DNA from: Lachnospirales bacterium
GTDB taxonomy: Bacteria; Bacillota; Clostridia; Lachnospirales; CAMZNU01
Direction: 5' to 3'
Assembly: GCA_047974615.1 (NCBI GenBank)
Contig: JBKECM010000159.1
Coordinates: 1-61,501, forward strand
DNA: 61,501 bases
Below are positions 41,306 to 51,166 of the stretch, in pieces (positions within the stretch are counted from its first letter, which is position 1; the number at the start of each line of letters is the position of its first letter). Under the pieces are notes generated by a model. The model searched no databases. It was not told the DNA's origin and was given only the letters and a program-made list of their open reading frames with translations. The position numbers and the translations under genes were made by a program.

Positions 41306-42343
41306 ATGGCTTATATAAGATATTTATTTATGCTTTTATTCGTATTAATATGTTTCATTTTAGGAGTAAGATATTTACTTGTTCTTTTTATACCTTTTAT
41401 AGTTGGTTACATTATATCTTTATGCCTAAATCCAATAGTTGTTTTTTTTGAAACTAAAATTAAGTTAAGCCGAGGTCTTTCTGCCGGCCTTAGCTTAATT
41501 TTTTTTATATTTATTATTGGTGCTATTTTAACTATAATAGTTCAGGGTATAAGTTCACAAATAAAAGATTTAATCAATAATTTTGATACTATAAGCATAA
41601 ACTTAATAACAACATACAAAAGTATGGAACAATGGCTTATGGAAACTGTAAATATATTTCCTGACTTTTTGTCACAGCCCATAGTTGACTTTTTTAATAA
41701 TATTGTAGAAAATTTAATTTCATTTTTCTCTGACTATTTAAAAAATAGTCCAACGAAACTAATTGACTTTGGTAAAAAATTTTTTAGTATAACTCTAATA
41801 GGAACTATTTCAAGTTTCTTCTTTATGAAAGATAAAGAGTTAGTTAGAGAAACTTTATTAAAGATTATTCCAACCTTTGTAAAAGATATTTTAATAGAAA
41901 TTAAAAAAAGTAGCCTAAAAGTTATAGCCGGTTATTTTGCTACGCAATTTAAATTAATGTCAGTAACCTTTTCTATTTCTTTAGTTTCTTTAACTCTTCT
42001 TGATGTTGGCTATTCTTTGATTTTTGCCCTAGCTATATCTTTAGTTGATATTTTACCATTCTTTGGATCTGGATTTTTTCTATGGCCTATGGCAATATAT
42101 TATATCTTCTCAAAGTCATATTTTACAGGTATTATGCTTTTTGTAACATACATTGTGATTTTATTTACAAGACAATTTTTAGAGCCACGTCTTTTAGGCG
42201 AAAAACTTGAAGTCCACCCTATTTTAATGCTTATGGCTATGTTTGCCGGTTTACAAATATTAGGTTTTTTTGGACTTCTTATTGGCCCACTTACTTTATT
42301 AATTGTAAAACAACTAGTTACTGCCCAAAATAAGCAAACTTAA
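41306..42343 (+). CDS. AI-2E family transporter / YtvI-like sporulation integral membrane protein
   Basis: Polytopic 345-aa protein with the family-typical C-terminal region (...EPRLLGEKLEVHPILMLMAMFAG). Confidence 0.6.
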   Translation: MAYIRYLFMLLFVLICFILGVRYLLVLFIPFIVGYIISLCLNPIVVFFETKIKLSRGLSAGLSLIFFIFIIGAILTIIVQGISSQIKDLINNFDTISINLITTYKSMEQWLMETVNIFPDFLSQPIVDFFNNIVENLISFFSDYLKNSPTKLIDFGKKFFSITLIGTISSFFFMKDKELVRETLLKIIPTFVKDILIEIKKSSLKVIAGYFATQFKLMSVTFSISLVSLTLLDVGYSLIFALAISLVDILPFFGSGFFLWPMAIYYIFSKSYFTGIMLFVTYIVILFTRQFLEPRLLGEKLEVHPILMLMAMFAGLQILGFFGLLIGPLTLLIVKQLVTAQNKQT

Positions 42344-42363
42344 AATTTAAAGGAGCATACAAA

Positions 42364-42888
42364 ATGTACGAAATTAAAAGCTCAAAAAAAATGTATAGTG
42401 GTAAAATTTTTGATATTTATCAAGATGAAATTGAACTACCAAATGGAAATATTGCCTCCCGCGATAGCTTAATACACAATGGTGCAGCTGCTGTACTACC
42501 TATTGATGAAAAGGGTAACATTATTTTAGTACGTCAATATAGACACTCTGTCTTAGACTATGTACTTGAAATACCAGCAGGAAAACTTGAAAAAGATGAA
42601 GACCCTAAAGTATGTGCTATACGTGAACTTGAAGAAGAAATAGGTTATATATCTTCTGACTTTTCTTATATGTTTAAAACTTATATAGCAGTTGGCTATA
42701 GTTCAGAAGTTATACATATATATTTAGCAAAAGACTTAAAAAAAACAGTTCAAAATCTTGATGACGATGAATTTTTAGAGATAGAAACTTATACCCTTGA
42801 TGAATGTATGACAATGATACAAAATGGTAATATTTTGGACAGCAAAACCATTGCTACATTACTTTTTTATAAACAACTTATAGTATAA
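42364..42888 (+). CDS. NUDIX hydrolase (ADP-ribose pyrophosphatase-like)
   Basis: Nudix box GKLEKDEDPKVCAIRELEEEIGY. Confidence 0.8.
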   Translation: MYEIKSSKKMYSGKIFDIYQDEIELPNGNIASRDSLIHNGAAAVLPIDEKGNIILVRQYRHSVLDYVLEIPAGKLEKDEDPKVCAIRELEEEIGYISSDFSYMFKTYIAVGYSSEVIHIYLAKDLKKTVQNLDDDEFLEIETYTLDECMTMIQNGNILDSKTIATLLFYKQLIV

Positions 42889-42914
42889 ATTTCCCATTTT
42901 TTTACTAAAGTAGT

Positions 42915-42943
42915 TTGACATACAGTTTTCCTTATGATATACT
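42915..42943 (+). promoter_or_regulatory. Consensus-like sigma-A promoter for folT (TTGACA-17-TATACT)
   Basis: TTGACA at 42915-42920, a 17-nt spacer, and TATACT at 42938-42943. Confidence 0.6.
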
Positions 42944-42985
42944 TATTAGTGTATTTTTCTTATTTAAAGGAGGTACTCAAACGTT

Positions 42986-43510
42986 ATGAAGACAAGAAAC
43001 TTAGTTTTAATGGCTTTACTTATCGCATTACATATCGTACTTGCAGAAGGCTTAGCAATAAGACTTGCGGACATAAAAATAAGCCTTTCTTTCATACCTT
43101 TATCTATTATGGCTATGCTTTTTGGCCCTATATATACTGCTATAGGTATGGTTGTATCTGATGTTTTAGGATTAATTATTTTTCCACCTGCTGGCCCACC
43201 TTTTATTGGTTTTACCATTTCAAGTGGTCTTACAGGATTTATATACGGATTTTTTCTATATAAGAAAAAAGATGTACCTAAAAAAATATATCTACTCAAG
43301 ATTATATGTACTTGTCTTTTAGTTAACTTATTTGTTAACAGCATATTAAATACATATTGGCTTACATTTTTTGGAACTGCCTTTTGGGCTACTCTACCAC
43401 TACGAGTTGGAAAAAATATAATTTTTATTTTCATACAAGGTATTACAATATATTTTATCAACCCACACATAAATTACAAAAAAATATTAAATATAAATGA
43501 CTATAACTAA
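42986..43510 (+). CDS. folT: ECF transporter S component, folate family (FolT-like)
   Basis: About six TM helices. The N-terminus KTRNLVLMALLIALHIVLA...ISLSFIPLSI resembles FolT. The antisense ORF 42964..43470 is judged spurious. Confidence 0.65.
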   Translation: MKTRNLVLMALLIALHIVLAEGLAIRLADIKISLSFIPLSIMAMLFGPIYTAIGMVVSDVLGLIIFPPAGPPFIGFTISSGLTGFIYGFFLYKKKDVPKKIYLLKIICTCLLVNLFVNSILNTYWLTFFGTAFWATLPLRVGKNIIFIFIQGITIYFINPHINYKKILNINDYN

Positions 43511-43523
43511 AGGGGTGTTTATA

Positions 43524-44333
43524 ATGAACAAAGTTTTTTCTGGTATTGAGCGGTTCGGTATTTTTAAAGCAACTGAATCGACTTTATTTAAAGATGATGA
43601 CCGTGGTACCATGCCATCTTTATCTAAAGACTTACGTTTTGAGGAGTATATCTTTGAACGTGAGGTATCTTGTCCTGTGTGTAAGTCTACCTTCTTAACA
43701 CCTACTATGCGTTCAAGAAAAGCACGTATTTTAGAATCGGATTTTGATTTAAAACCAAACTATGAAGGACTTGAATCTGTTTGTTATGAAGTCGTTACTT
43801 GTACAGTTTGTGGCTACAGCTCTTTAATGTCAACTTTCGATAAGCTAACAGAAACACAAGCTATGTCTGTTGGAGCTAACGTATCTCAAGTTATTATGAA
43901 CTTAGCTTCTTTACCTATGAATTTATCAATAGAAGAAGCAATTTTAAAATTTAAACTCGCATTATATTGTTGTGTTTTTAAAAATGCAAAAGACTCTGAA
44001 AAAGCCTTCACATCATTAAAAATTGCTTGGCTATATCGTGCCTTAGGTGATAAAGCAGAGGAAAAGTATTATTTAAGCCTTGCCTATAAAGGCTTTACTA
44101 CAGCCTACAACGAAGAAGACTTGCCTTTTATGGGTATGGATTATCACGTTACAAACTATCTTCTTGGACAACTGGCTTTAAATCTTGGTGAATATGCTGA
44201 CGCAAAAAGAAAACTTAGTGCTTTGCTTATGGATAAACAAACGCCACCTAAAATTAAATCAAAGGTTGAATATGCCTTAGAAGAATTAAAATCAGCTTTA
44301 AGAAAAATTCAAGCAGAAGAAAAAACAGAATAA
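43524..44333 (+). CDS. DUF2225 domain protein (zinc-ribbon plus TPR-like)
   Basis: CPVCKSTF...CTVCGYSS Cys pairs followed by a helical repeat region. The ATG at 43524 follows AAAGGGG. Confidence 0.7.
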   Translation: MNKVFSGIERFGIFKATESTLFKDDDRGTMPSLSKDLRFEEYIFEREVSCPVCKSTFLTPTMRSRKARILESDFDLKPNYEGLESVCYEVVTCTVCGYSSLMSTFDKLTETQAMSVGANVSQVIMNLASLPMNLSIEEAILKFKLALYCCVFKNAKDSEKAFTSLKIAWLYRALGDKAEEKYYLSLAYKGFTTAYNEEDLPFMGMDYHVTNYLLGQLALNLGEYADAKRKLSALLMDKQTPPKIKSKVEYALEELKSALRKIQAEEKTE

Positions 44334-44339
44334 TAACTT

Positions 44340-44370
44340 AAGTATGGTTCTATATGTTCCATACTTTTTT
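44340..44370 (+). terminator. Intrinsic terminator after the DUF2225 gene
   Basis: aagtatgg ttctatatgtt ccatactt followed by tttt. Confidence 0.65.
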
Positions 44371-44525
44371 AATTTATATAACTTTTCATTTGGCAAAACA
44401 AAATTCTACATTTTCTAGGAATGGCTAAAAAACAGGTTTTGACCAAGGAGGTCTAAAATGTTGTATTTTTAAGCGTCACCATTTTGCAATGAGGTCTTGT
44501 CAGTTCTTCTTAAATAATTTTACAT

Positions 44526-44566
44526 AATAAAAAACTGTAAGACATCAAAAGACATCTTACAGTTTT
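44526..44566 (-). terminator. Intrinsic terminator after rplL
   Basis: aactgtaaga ... tcttacagtt forms a 10-bp stem, followed on the minus strand by a T-run. Confidence 0.65.
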
Positions 44567-44586
44567 ATGAAAAATCTTTAAGTAAA

Positions 44587-44961
44587 TTACTTAAGAGTAA
44601 CTACAGCGCCAACTTCTTCTAATTTAGCTTTTAAAGCATCAGCTTCTTCTTTAGAAACGCCAGATTTAACGATACCAGGAGCACCGTCAACTAATTCTTT
44701 AGCCTCTTTTAAGCCTAAACCAGCTGCATCTTTAACAACTTTAACAACTTTGATTTTTTCAGCGCCAGCTGAAGTTAATTCTACGTCGAACTCAGTTTGC
44801 TCAGCAGCAGCCTCGCCACCAGCACCACCAGCTGCTACAACAACACCAGCAGATGCAGATACACCAAACTCTTCTTCACATGCAGTAACTAACTCATTTA
44901 ATTCTAATACAGTAAGCTCTTTTACAGCTTCGATAATTTCTTGAATTGATAATTTTGCCAT
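44587..44961 (-). CDS. rplL: 50S ribosomal protein L7/L12
   Basis: [25 protein letters not shown]... with the Ala/Gly hinge and ...[22 protein letters not shown]. Confidence 0.98.
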   Translation of the reverse strand: MAKLSIQEIIEAVKELTVLELNELVTACEEEFGVSASAGVVVAAGGAGGEAAAEQTEFDVELTSAGAEKIKVVKVVKDAAGLGLKEAKELVDGAPGIVKSGVSKEEADALKAKLEEVGAVVTLK

Positions 44962-44996
44962 TTATTTTTCCTCCGATTAAATAATTTTACGTAAAT

Positions 44997-45482
44997 TTAC
45001 GCTTCTTTTTCAGCAACAGCTTTAATAACTCTTGCAAATGATGCCACAGGGCCTTGGAATGAACCAAGTAATCTTGATAACAATACATCACGACTTGGAA
45101 TAGCCGCAACAGCAGTCATACCTTTTTCATCATATACAACGCCGTCTAAGATACCAGCTTTAAAAGATAAAGCTTCGATTTTCTTAACGTCATCATTTAA
45201 TAATCTACCAGGTAAAGTAGGATCATCATATGAAAAAGCAAAAGCTGTAGGACCAGCTAAGAATTCTTGTAATCCTTCAAACTCAGTACCTTTCACAGCT
45301 AAATCAACTAAAGTGTTTTTATAAATTTTATATTCAACACCAGCTTCTCTAAGTTTCTTTCTAAGAATTGTATCTTGTTCTACAGTAATACCACGGTAGT
45401 CTACTAATACAACAGAAGAAGCTTTAGAAATTTTTTCTTTGATTTCATTAACAACAACTTGTTTTGCTTCGATTTTAGCCAA
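44997..45482 (-). CDS. rplJ: 50S ribosomal protein L10 (TTG start)
   Basis: Typical L10 sequence. The TTG start is preceded by AAGGAGGTG. Confidence 0.95.
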   Translation of the reverse strand: MAKIEAKQVVVNEIKEKISKASSVVLVDYRGITVEQDTILRKKLREAGVEYKIYKNTLVDLAVKGTEFEGLQEFLAGPTAFAFSYDDPTLPGRLLNDDVKKIEALSFKAGILDGVVYDEKGMTAVAAIPSRDVLLSRLLGSFQGPVASFARVIKAVAEKEA

Positions 45483-45675
45483 AATTGCACCTCCTTATAT
45501 ATTTGTTAAACTTATAATAAGTAAAACATTCTAAAAAATTGCTCTCGTAGAAATTTTTATTTATAATAATAAAAAAACCTCTACGCAAAGACATAGAGGA
45601 TAGTTAACATATCGTTATTTATCACCTCGGCAAGATTTACCTTTGTACTTGCTGTCTTTGGTTATTTAAAACATC
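45483..45675 (-). promoter_or_regulatory. Long structured 5' leader of rplJ with an internal intrinsic terminator. It is consistent with an L10-leader-type autoregulatory attenuator.
   Basis: About 190 nt separate the candidate promoter (TTGACA, plus-strand 45705-45710) from the start codon. On the minus strand, CCTCTATGTCTTTGCGTAGAGG followed by TTTTTTT (plus-strand 45571-45599) precedes the SD. Confidence 0.45.
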
Positions 45676-45881
45676 TTTTATAGGATATCATATACTCCTC
45701 TGAATGTCAATAGTAAAAACAAAAAAATTAAATTAAGTTATATGTTTAGATTATCAAAAGGTAATATAATTATTTTTAAATATTTTGATTTTAATATCAT
45801 TAAAAGGTTGATTAAAATAATAGTTGCTTATGGTTAAGTTTTGTGATAAAATGGAATAAGATTTTTTGAAAGGAGATTTAT

Positions 45882-46970
45882 ATGGCAAAAAGAAAGATTG
45901 GCATACTTACAGGTGGGGGAGATGCTCCCGGTTTAAACGCAGTAATATATTCCCTTGTAAGAGCAGGTATTACAAACTATGATTTTGAATTTATAGGTTA
46001 CAAGTTCGGTTACAGAGGTTTATTTAATAATGATTTTATAAAATTAGACTTAGAAAGTACATCTGGTATATTGCATAAGGGTGGTACTATTTTATATTCT
46101 TCTAATAAGGACAACCTTTTTGATTATGCAGTAGAAGAAAATGGACAAAATGTTAAAAAAGACGTTTCAGACATTGCTATTGAAAATATGAAAAAAGAAG
46201 GCGTTGATACTTTAGTTGTTTTAGGTGGTGACGGTACTTTAACTTCTGCACGTGACTTTGCACGTAAAGGATTTAATGTTATCGGTGTTCCTAAAACTAT
46301 TGATAACGATCTTGGTGCTACTGAAACTACTTTTGGTTTTGATACTGCTGTAAACATCGTTACTGAAAATTTAGGTAGACTTCATACTACTGCTGAATCA
46401 CATCATCGTGTTATCGTTACTGAGGTAATGGGACGTGCTGCTGGTTGGATAGCTTTACAATCAGGTATTGCAGGTTCTGCTGACGTTATTTTAGTTCCTG
46501 AAATTCCATATTCTTTAAATAAAGTTGTGGAAAAAATTAAAAGTAGAAGTGCACAAGGCAAGCCTTTCTCTATTATTGTTGTAGGTGAAGGTGCTAAAGA
46601 AAAAGATGGGGAAGTTGTTGTTGGTAGAATCGTTGATGATAGTCCAGACCCAGTTCGTTTAGGTGGTATCGGTGCTAAACTTGCTATGGATTTAGAAAAA
46701 CTTGTAGATAATGAAGTACGTTCTGTTCAACTTGGTCACATTCAACGTGGTGGTGAAACTTCTGCTTTTGACAGAGTTTTATCTTGTAGATATGGTGTTC
46801 ATGCGGCAAAACTTATAGCTGAAGAAAAGTTCGGAAATATGGTTTGCTTAAAGGCTGGAAAAATGAATTGCGAGTCTTTAGAAGTTGTTATAGATAGAAA
46901 CAAATATATTGAAGAGGGCGAAGAACTTATTGATGTTGCTGAAAGCTTAGGCATATCTTTAGGTAGATAA
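45882..46970 (+). CDS. pfkA: 6-phosphofructokinase (PfkA family; phosphoryl donor not certain)
   Basis: GILTGGGDAPGLNA, VVLGGDGT, GVPKTIDND, and MGRAAGWIAL. Confidence 0.85.
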   Translation: MAKRKIGILTGGGDAPGLNAVIYSLVRAGITNYDFEFIGYKFGYRGLFNNDFIKLDLESTSGILHKGGTILYSSNKDNLFDYAVEENGQNVKKDVSDIAIENMKKEGVDTLVVLGGDGTLTSARDFARKGFNVIGVPKTIDNDLGATETTFGFDTAVNIVTENLGRLHTTAESHHRVIVTEVMGRAAGWIALQSGIAGSADVILVPEIPYSLNKVVEKIKSRSAQGKPFSIIVVGEGAKEKDGEVVVGRIVDDSPDPVRLGGIGAKLAMDLEKLVDNEVRSVQLGHIQRGGETSAFDRVLSCRYGVHAAKLIAEEKFGNMVCLKAGKMNCESLEVVIDRNKYIEEGEELIDVAESLGISLGR

Positions 46971-47036
46971 TAAGTACTATTTAAATAGGTGATATACCTT
47001 ATTATATAGCAAAATAAGTTTTATTTCTTATTAACT

Positions 47037-47080
47037 ATTAAGACTATAAAGAAATTTTTTAATTTCTTTATAGTCTTAAT
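47037..47080 (+). terminator. Strong hairpin (perfect 20-bp stem, TTTT loop) between pfk and the GH2 gene
   Basis: attaagactataaagaaatt tttt aatttctttatagtcttaat followed by a T-rich tract. Confidence 0.7.
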
Positions 47081-47104
47081 TTATATCTTTTTTCCGGAGG
47101 TAAT

Positions 47105-49516
47105 ATGAAAAAATACGATTTTAACGATAATTGGAAAGTTTCACCTTTAACTAATGAGAAAGACTTTAAAGTTGTAACTTTGCCTTATGATGCTATGATA
47201 TATGAAAAAAGAACTAAAGAGAGTATGGGCGGCTTAAATATCGGTTGGTTTGAAGGTTTAGACTATGTATACGAAAAAGAATTTACTTTAGGTGATGAGT
47301 TTAAAAACAAGGTATTAAACCTTGAATTTGAAGGGGTTTATCATTTAGCAGAAGTTTATGTAAATGATATTAAAGTTGCTTTTAGACCTTACGGTTACTC
47401 AAACTTTTTTGCTGAACATATAGAAAAACATATAAAATATAATAATGTAAATGTAGTTAGAGTTTTAGCTAGAAACTCTAATCAACCAAATAGTCGTTGG
47501 TATTCCGGAACTGGTATATATCGTCCTGTATGGTTATATGTAGGAGAAGAAACATATATAGAAAATAATGGTGTAAAAATCACTACAAAAAGTATTAATC
47601 CTTGTATAATTGAAATTGAAGTTAATACAAACAAAAGTGGTATTTTAAACTTAAGTATACCTAAGTCAAAAATTAAAGTTGATGTTGAAACAACAGGACG
47701 CTTTAAGAAAGAATTTATAATAGAAAATCCCAAACTTTGGAGTGACAAAAGTCCATTTTTATATGAATGTATTGTTACTTTTGGCAATGATGTTGTAAAA
47801 GAAAACTTCGGTATACGTACTATTGGTTGGGATACGGATAATGGCTTTACCATAAACGGTCAGCGTGAAATATTACGTGGTGCTTGTATACATCACGATA
47901 ATGGAGTACTTGGTGCTTGTACATATCCTGAAGTGGAAAAACGTCGTGTGAAAATTTTAAAGGAAAATGGATATAATGCAATTCGTTCTGCACATAATCC
48001 TTGTTCAAAATACTTACTTGAAGCTTGTGATGAATTAGGAATATACGTTTTAGATGAGTTTGTTGATGTGTGGTATATTCATAAAACACAAAATGACTAT
48101 GTAGACTACTTTGAGGACTGGTGGCAAGAGGATTTAGCTGATATGGTTAAAAAAGACTATAATCACCCTTGTGTTGTTATGTATTCTATAGGTAATGAAG
48201 TTTCTGAAACTGCACAAAAAAAAGGTATTGAACTTACAAAAAAAATGACAGAGCATTTACATAGATTAGATGGCACACGTCCTGTTACTTGTGGTATAAA
48301 TATTTTCTTTAATTTTTTAAGTTCTATAGGCTTTGGTGTATATAGTGATGAAAAGGCAAAAAAAGAAATAGATAACAAAAAGAAAAATACAGTAGGTAGT
48401 GAGTTCTTTAATAATATGGCAGGTGTTTTTGGTAGTGACTTTATGAAACGTGGTGCTACATTAAAACAATGTGACTTGCGTACAAAAGATGCTTTTGCAA
48501 ATATGGATATAGCTGGGTATAATTATGGTATATTAAGATATAAAAAGGACTTGAATAAATATTCAAAAAGGTTAATTCTCGGTACTGAAACTTTCTGTTC
48601 TGATTCTTTTAAATTTTGGGAGTTAGCTAAAAAAAACAAGGGTATCGTTGGAGATTTTGTTTGGGCTGGTATGGACTATCTTGGGGAAGTTGGTATAGGT
48701 GCTTGGGAATATAATGAATATGCTGAAAACTTCGACAGAGGGGTAGGGTGGCTTACAGCAGGTAGTGGTAGAATAGATATTACTGGTAAACCTATAGGAG
48801 AGGCACTTTATACGAAGGTGGCTTTTGAACTTGAAAATAAGCCTGTTATAGCAGTTCGACCTGTAAACTGTACTAAGGAAAAGCACTCTCCATCGGCTTG
48901 GAAGATGACAAATGCTTTAAACTCGTGGTCTTTTAGAGGGTTTAACAATAGTCCTGCTATTGTTGAGGTATATGCTCGTTGTCATAGGGTAAAGCTTTAT
49001 ATTAATAATAAAGTAGTAGGTCAAAAAGTTATGAAAAATGACTGTAAAGCCATATTTAATGTAAAATATGAAAATGGTAATATAAGAGCTATTGCTTTTG
49101 ATAAAAAAGGTAAAGAAATTTCTAATAGTGTCCTTTTTACGGCAGGTCAAGAAACACTTTTAAATGTTTCACAAGATACTCCGTCTATGAAGGTATATGA
49201 AAATACGTTAACTTATCTTAGAATATCATATCAAGATAGAAAAGGGACAATTAAGCCTTTAATGAGGGGTGAAGTTCATATTGATGTTGAGGGGTGCGAC
49301 CTTGTAGCTGTAGGGAATGGGTGTTCTTTTAATAAGCTAGGTTATGTGGCAAATACTGTAGAAACCTATTATGGTGAGGCTATTGCTGTTATTCGTCCTT
49401 CTAAAGGGGTTAAAGAAACGAAGGTTAAAGTATATGACGGAAAAGTTTCAAGTAGTATAAAATTAAATGTTTTAGAAAAAGATGTCTTAAAATCGTTACC
49501 TAAAATTATTACCTAA
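47105..49516 (+). CDS. Glycoside hydrolase family 2 protein (beta-galactosidase / beta-glucuronidase-like)
   Basis: GH2 sugar-binding and TIM-barrel pattern: NSRWYSGTGIYRPVWL, IRSAHNP, and NHPCVVMYSIGNE (acid/base Glu). Confidence 0.8.
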   Translation: MKKYDFNDNWKVSPLTNEKDFKVVTLPYDAMIYEKRTKESMGGLNIGWFEGLDYVYEKEFTLGDEFKNKVLNLEFEGVYHLAEVYVNDIKVAFRPYGYSNFFAEHIEKHIKYNNVNVVRVLARNSNQPNSRWYSGTGIYRPVWLYVGEETYIENNGVKITTKSINPCIIEIEVNTNKSGILNLSIPKSKIKVDVETTGRFKKEFIIENPKLWSDKSPFLYECIVTFGNDVVKENFGIRTIGWDTDNGFTINGQREILRGACIHHDNGVLGACTYPEVEKRRVKILKENGYNAIRSAHNPCSKYLLEACDELGIYVLDEFVDVWYIHKTQNDYVDYFEDWWQEDLADMVKKDYNHPCVVMYSIGNEVSETAQKKGIELTKKMTEHLHRLDGTRPVTCGINIFFNFLSSIGFGVYSDEKAKKEIDNKKKNTVGSEFFNNMAGVFGSDFMKRGATLKQCDLRTKDAFANMDIAGYNYGILRYKKDLNKYSKRLILGTETFCSDSFKFWELAKKNKGIVGDFVWAGMDYLGEVGIGAWEYNEYAENFDRGVGWLTAGSGRIDITGKPIGEALYTKVAFELENKPVIAVRPVNCTKEKHSPSAWKMTNALNSWSFRGFNNSPAIVEVYARCHRVKLYINNKVVGQKVMKNDCKAIFNVKYENGNIRAIAFDKKGKEISNSVLFTAGQETLLNVSQDTPSMKVYENTLTYLRISYQDRKGTIKPLMRGEVHIDVEGCDLVAVGNGCSFNKLGYVANTVETYYGEAIAVIRPSKGVKETKVKVYDGKVSSSIKLNVLEKDVLKSLPKIIT

Positions 49517-49627
49517 TTTACAATATATGTAAAAAATTAATAGATATATAAAAAAGTGCAATATACATTGATTTTTTAGTAAAATTATTATACACTATAA
49601 TTAGGTATTTTTTTATAGGAGGATAAA

Positions 49628-50905
49628 ATGGATAAAAAACTTTACGAAACATTTTGCAACATACTAAAGGAAGAACTTGTTATGGCATCTGGGTGTACAG
49701 AACCTATAGCTATAGCACTTGCTTCTGCAAAGTGTCACAATCTGCTTGGTACTTTTCCAGAAAAAATTGAAGTTAACGTAAGTGGAAACATGATAAAAAA
49801 CGTAAAAGGTGTAATTATACCTGGTACAAAAGATTTGTACGGTATAGAATACTCTGCTTTATTAGGTGCTATTGTAAATAAATCAAATAAGGGGCTTGAA
49901 GTTTTACATGATATTTCAAATAAAGAAATAGAGTACGCAAAAGAATTGTATAATAAAAAGATTTGTACTGTTAATAGAGTCAAAAATAACGTAAAGTTAT
50001 ACATAGAAATTGTTATGACGAACCAAAAAGAAACTGCAGTAGTTGAAGTTATGCATACACATACTAATATTACAAAGTTGCAAAAAAACGGTGAAGAAAT
50101 ATTTTATAATCCATGTAGCTTAGATGATTTTAATTCATCACTTACTGATAGAACAAAACTGTCTTTAAAAAATATAATTGACTTTGCAAATACTCTAAAT
50201 ATAGAAGACGTAAAGGATACTTTGAACAATCAAGTTAAATGTAATTATGCCATAGCTAATGAAGGTTTAAAAAATGACTATGGGCTAAATGCAGGACAAA
50301 TAATTTTAGAAAACTGCGAATGTGGTGCTTGTGTAAAAGAAAAAATAAAGGCATATACAGCTAGTGGTAGTGATGCTCGTATGGGTGGTTGCGATTTACC
50401 TGTCGTTATTAACTCTGGGAGTGGAAATCAAGGGCTTACTATTGGTAATGGAATTTATGTATACTCTTTAGAAAAAAAGGTTGAGGAAGATAAAATGTAT
50501 AGAGCTTTAGCTCTTGCAAATTTACTTGCGATACATATAAAAAGTAAAATTGGTCGTTTGTCTGCTTTTTGTGGTGTTGTTAGTGCTAGTATCGGCGTTG
50601 GTGCAGGTATAACTTACATTGAAGGTGGAGATTATGAAGCCATAAGTCGTACTGTTAAAAATGGTATAGGTAACCTATCTGGGGTTATATGTGACGGTGC
50701 TAAAAGTTCTTGTGCTATAAAAATAGCTTCGAGCATAGATGCAACTTTTCTATCTCACCAACTTGCTATGAAAGGCAAAGTAATAGGTGGTGGTATCGGT
50801 ATAATATATGACTGTGTAGAGGATACTATAAACAACATTTCTCAAATAGCTAGTGAAGCTATGCTTGAAACTGATGAAATGATTTTAGAAATTATGAGTA
50901 AATAA
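49628..50905 (+). CDS. UPF0597 / serine dehydratase alpha-like family protein (L-cysteine desulfidase-like)
   Basis: LKEELVMASGCTEPIAIALASAKC N-terminal motif, 425 aa. Confidence 0.7.
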   Translation: MDKKLYETFCNILKEELVMASGCTEPIAIALASAKCHNLLGTFPEKIEVNVSGNMIKNVKGVIIPGTKDLYGIEYSALLGAIVNKSNKGLEVLHDISNKEIEYAKELYNKKICTVNRVKNNVKLYIEIVMTNQKETAVVEVMHTHTNITKLQKNGEEIFYNPCSLDDFNSSLTDRTKLSLKNIIDFANTLNIEDVKDTLNNQVKCNYAIANEGLKNDYGLNAGQIILENCECGACVKEKIKAYTASGSDARMGGCDLPVVINSGSGNQGLTIGNGIYVYSLEKKVEEDKMYRALALANLLAIHIKSKIGRLSAFCGVVSASIGVGAGITYIEGGDYEAISRTVKNGIGNLSGVICDGAKSSCAIKIASSIDATFLSHQLAMKGKVIGGGIGIIYDCVEDTINNISQIASEAMLETDEMILEIMSK

Positions 50906-50939
50906 CTTAAGTGTAAGGTGTTTTTTAATATTATTTTAT

Positions 50940-50965
50940 AGTGTCGACAAAATCGACACTTTTTT
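50940..50965 (+). terminator. Intrinsic terminator after the UPF0597 gene
   Basis: agtgtcga caaaa tcgacact followed by ttttt. Confidence 0.65.
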
Positions 50966-51082
50966 AGTTTAGTGAAAAAATAGTAGCTTTCATTTTGAAA
51001 AGATATTAATAGTTTTTTAGTGATGTAATTTAAACTTAGATAAAATTTTATACATATTAAGAAAGAAACTTTTATTATTGTA

Positions 51083-51111
51083 TTGTTTTTATAGATGAAA
51101 AATGTTACAAT
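51083..51111 (+). promoter_or_regulatory. Candidate secA promoter (TTGTTT-17-TGtTACAAT, extended -10)
   Basis: TTGTTT at 51083-51088 and TACAAT at 51106-51111, with TG at 51103-51104. Confidence 0.5.
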
Positions 51112-51166
51112 GTAAGTTGAGTATATTAAAATAATAGATTTTTAATAATAAATAAGGACGTGAAGT

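Noticed and set aside
42889-42985. A possible THF or other riboswitch upstream of folT
   Set aside because: Only about 40 nt separate the predicted -10 (42938-42943) from the ATG. That is too short for a riboswitch aptamer, and no conserved aptamer motifs are visible.
42964-43470. Minus-strand 168-aa ORF overlapping folT, and the plus-strand ORF 42934..43161
   Set aside because: The plus-strand 42986..43510 ORF has a consensus promoter, an AAAGGAGG SD and an ECF S-component-like six-TM profile. The overlapping ORFs have no start signals and no recognisable family.
44373-44525. Orphan ~150-nt spacer with a strong SD (AAGGAGG) followed by a 4-codon mini-ORF (ATG TTG TAT TTT TAA), and a 10-codon ORF MAKKQVLTKEV just before it
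   Set aside because: There is no downstream gene on that strand to regulate, because the next gene is convergent rplL. No terminator/antiterminator alternative structure is evident, and the ORFs are too short to evaluate. It may be a gene remnant or a small RNA, but the sequence alone gives no support.
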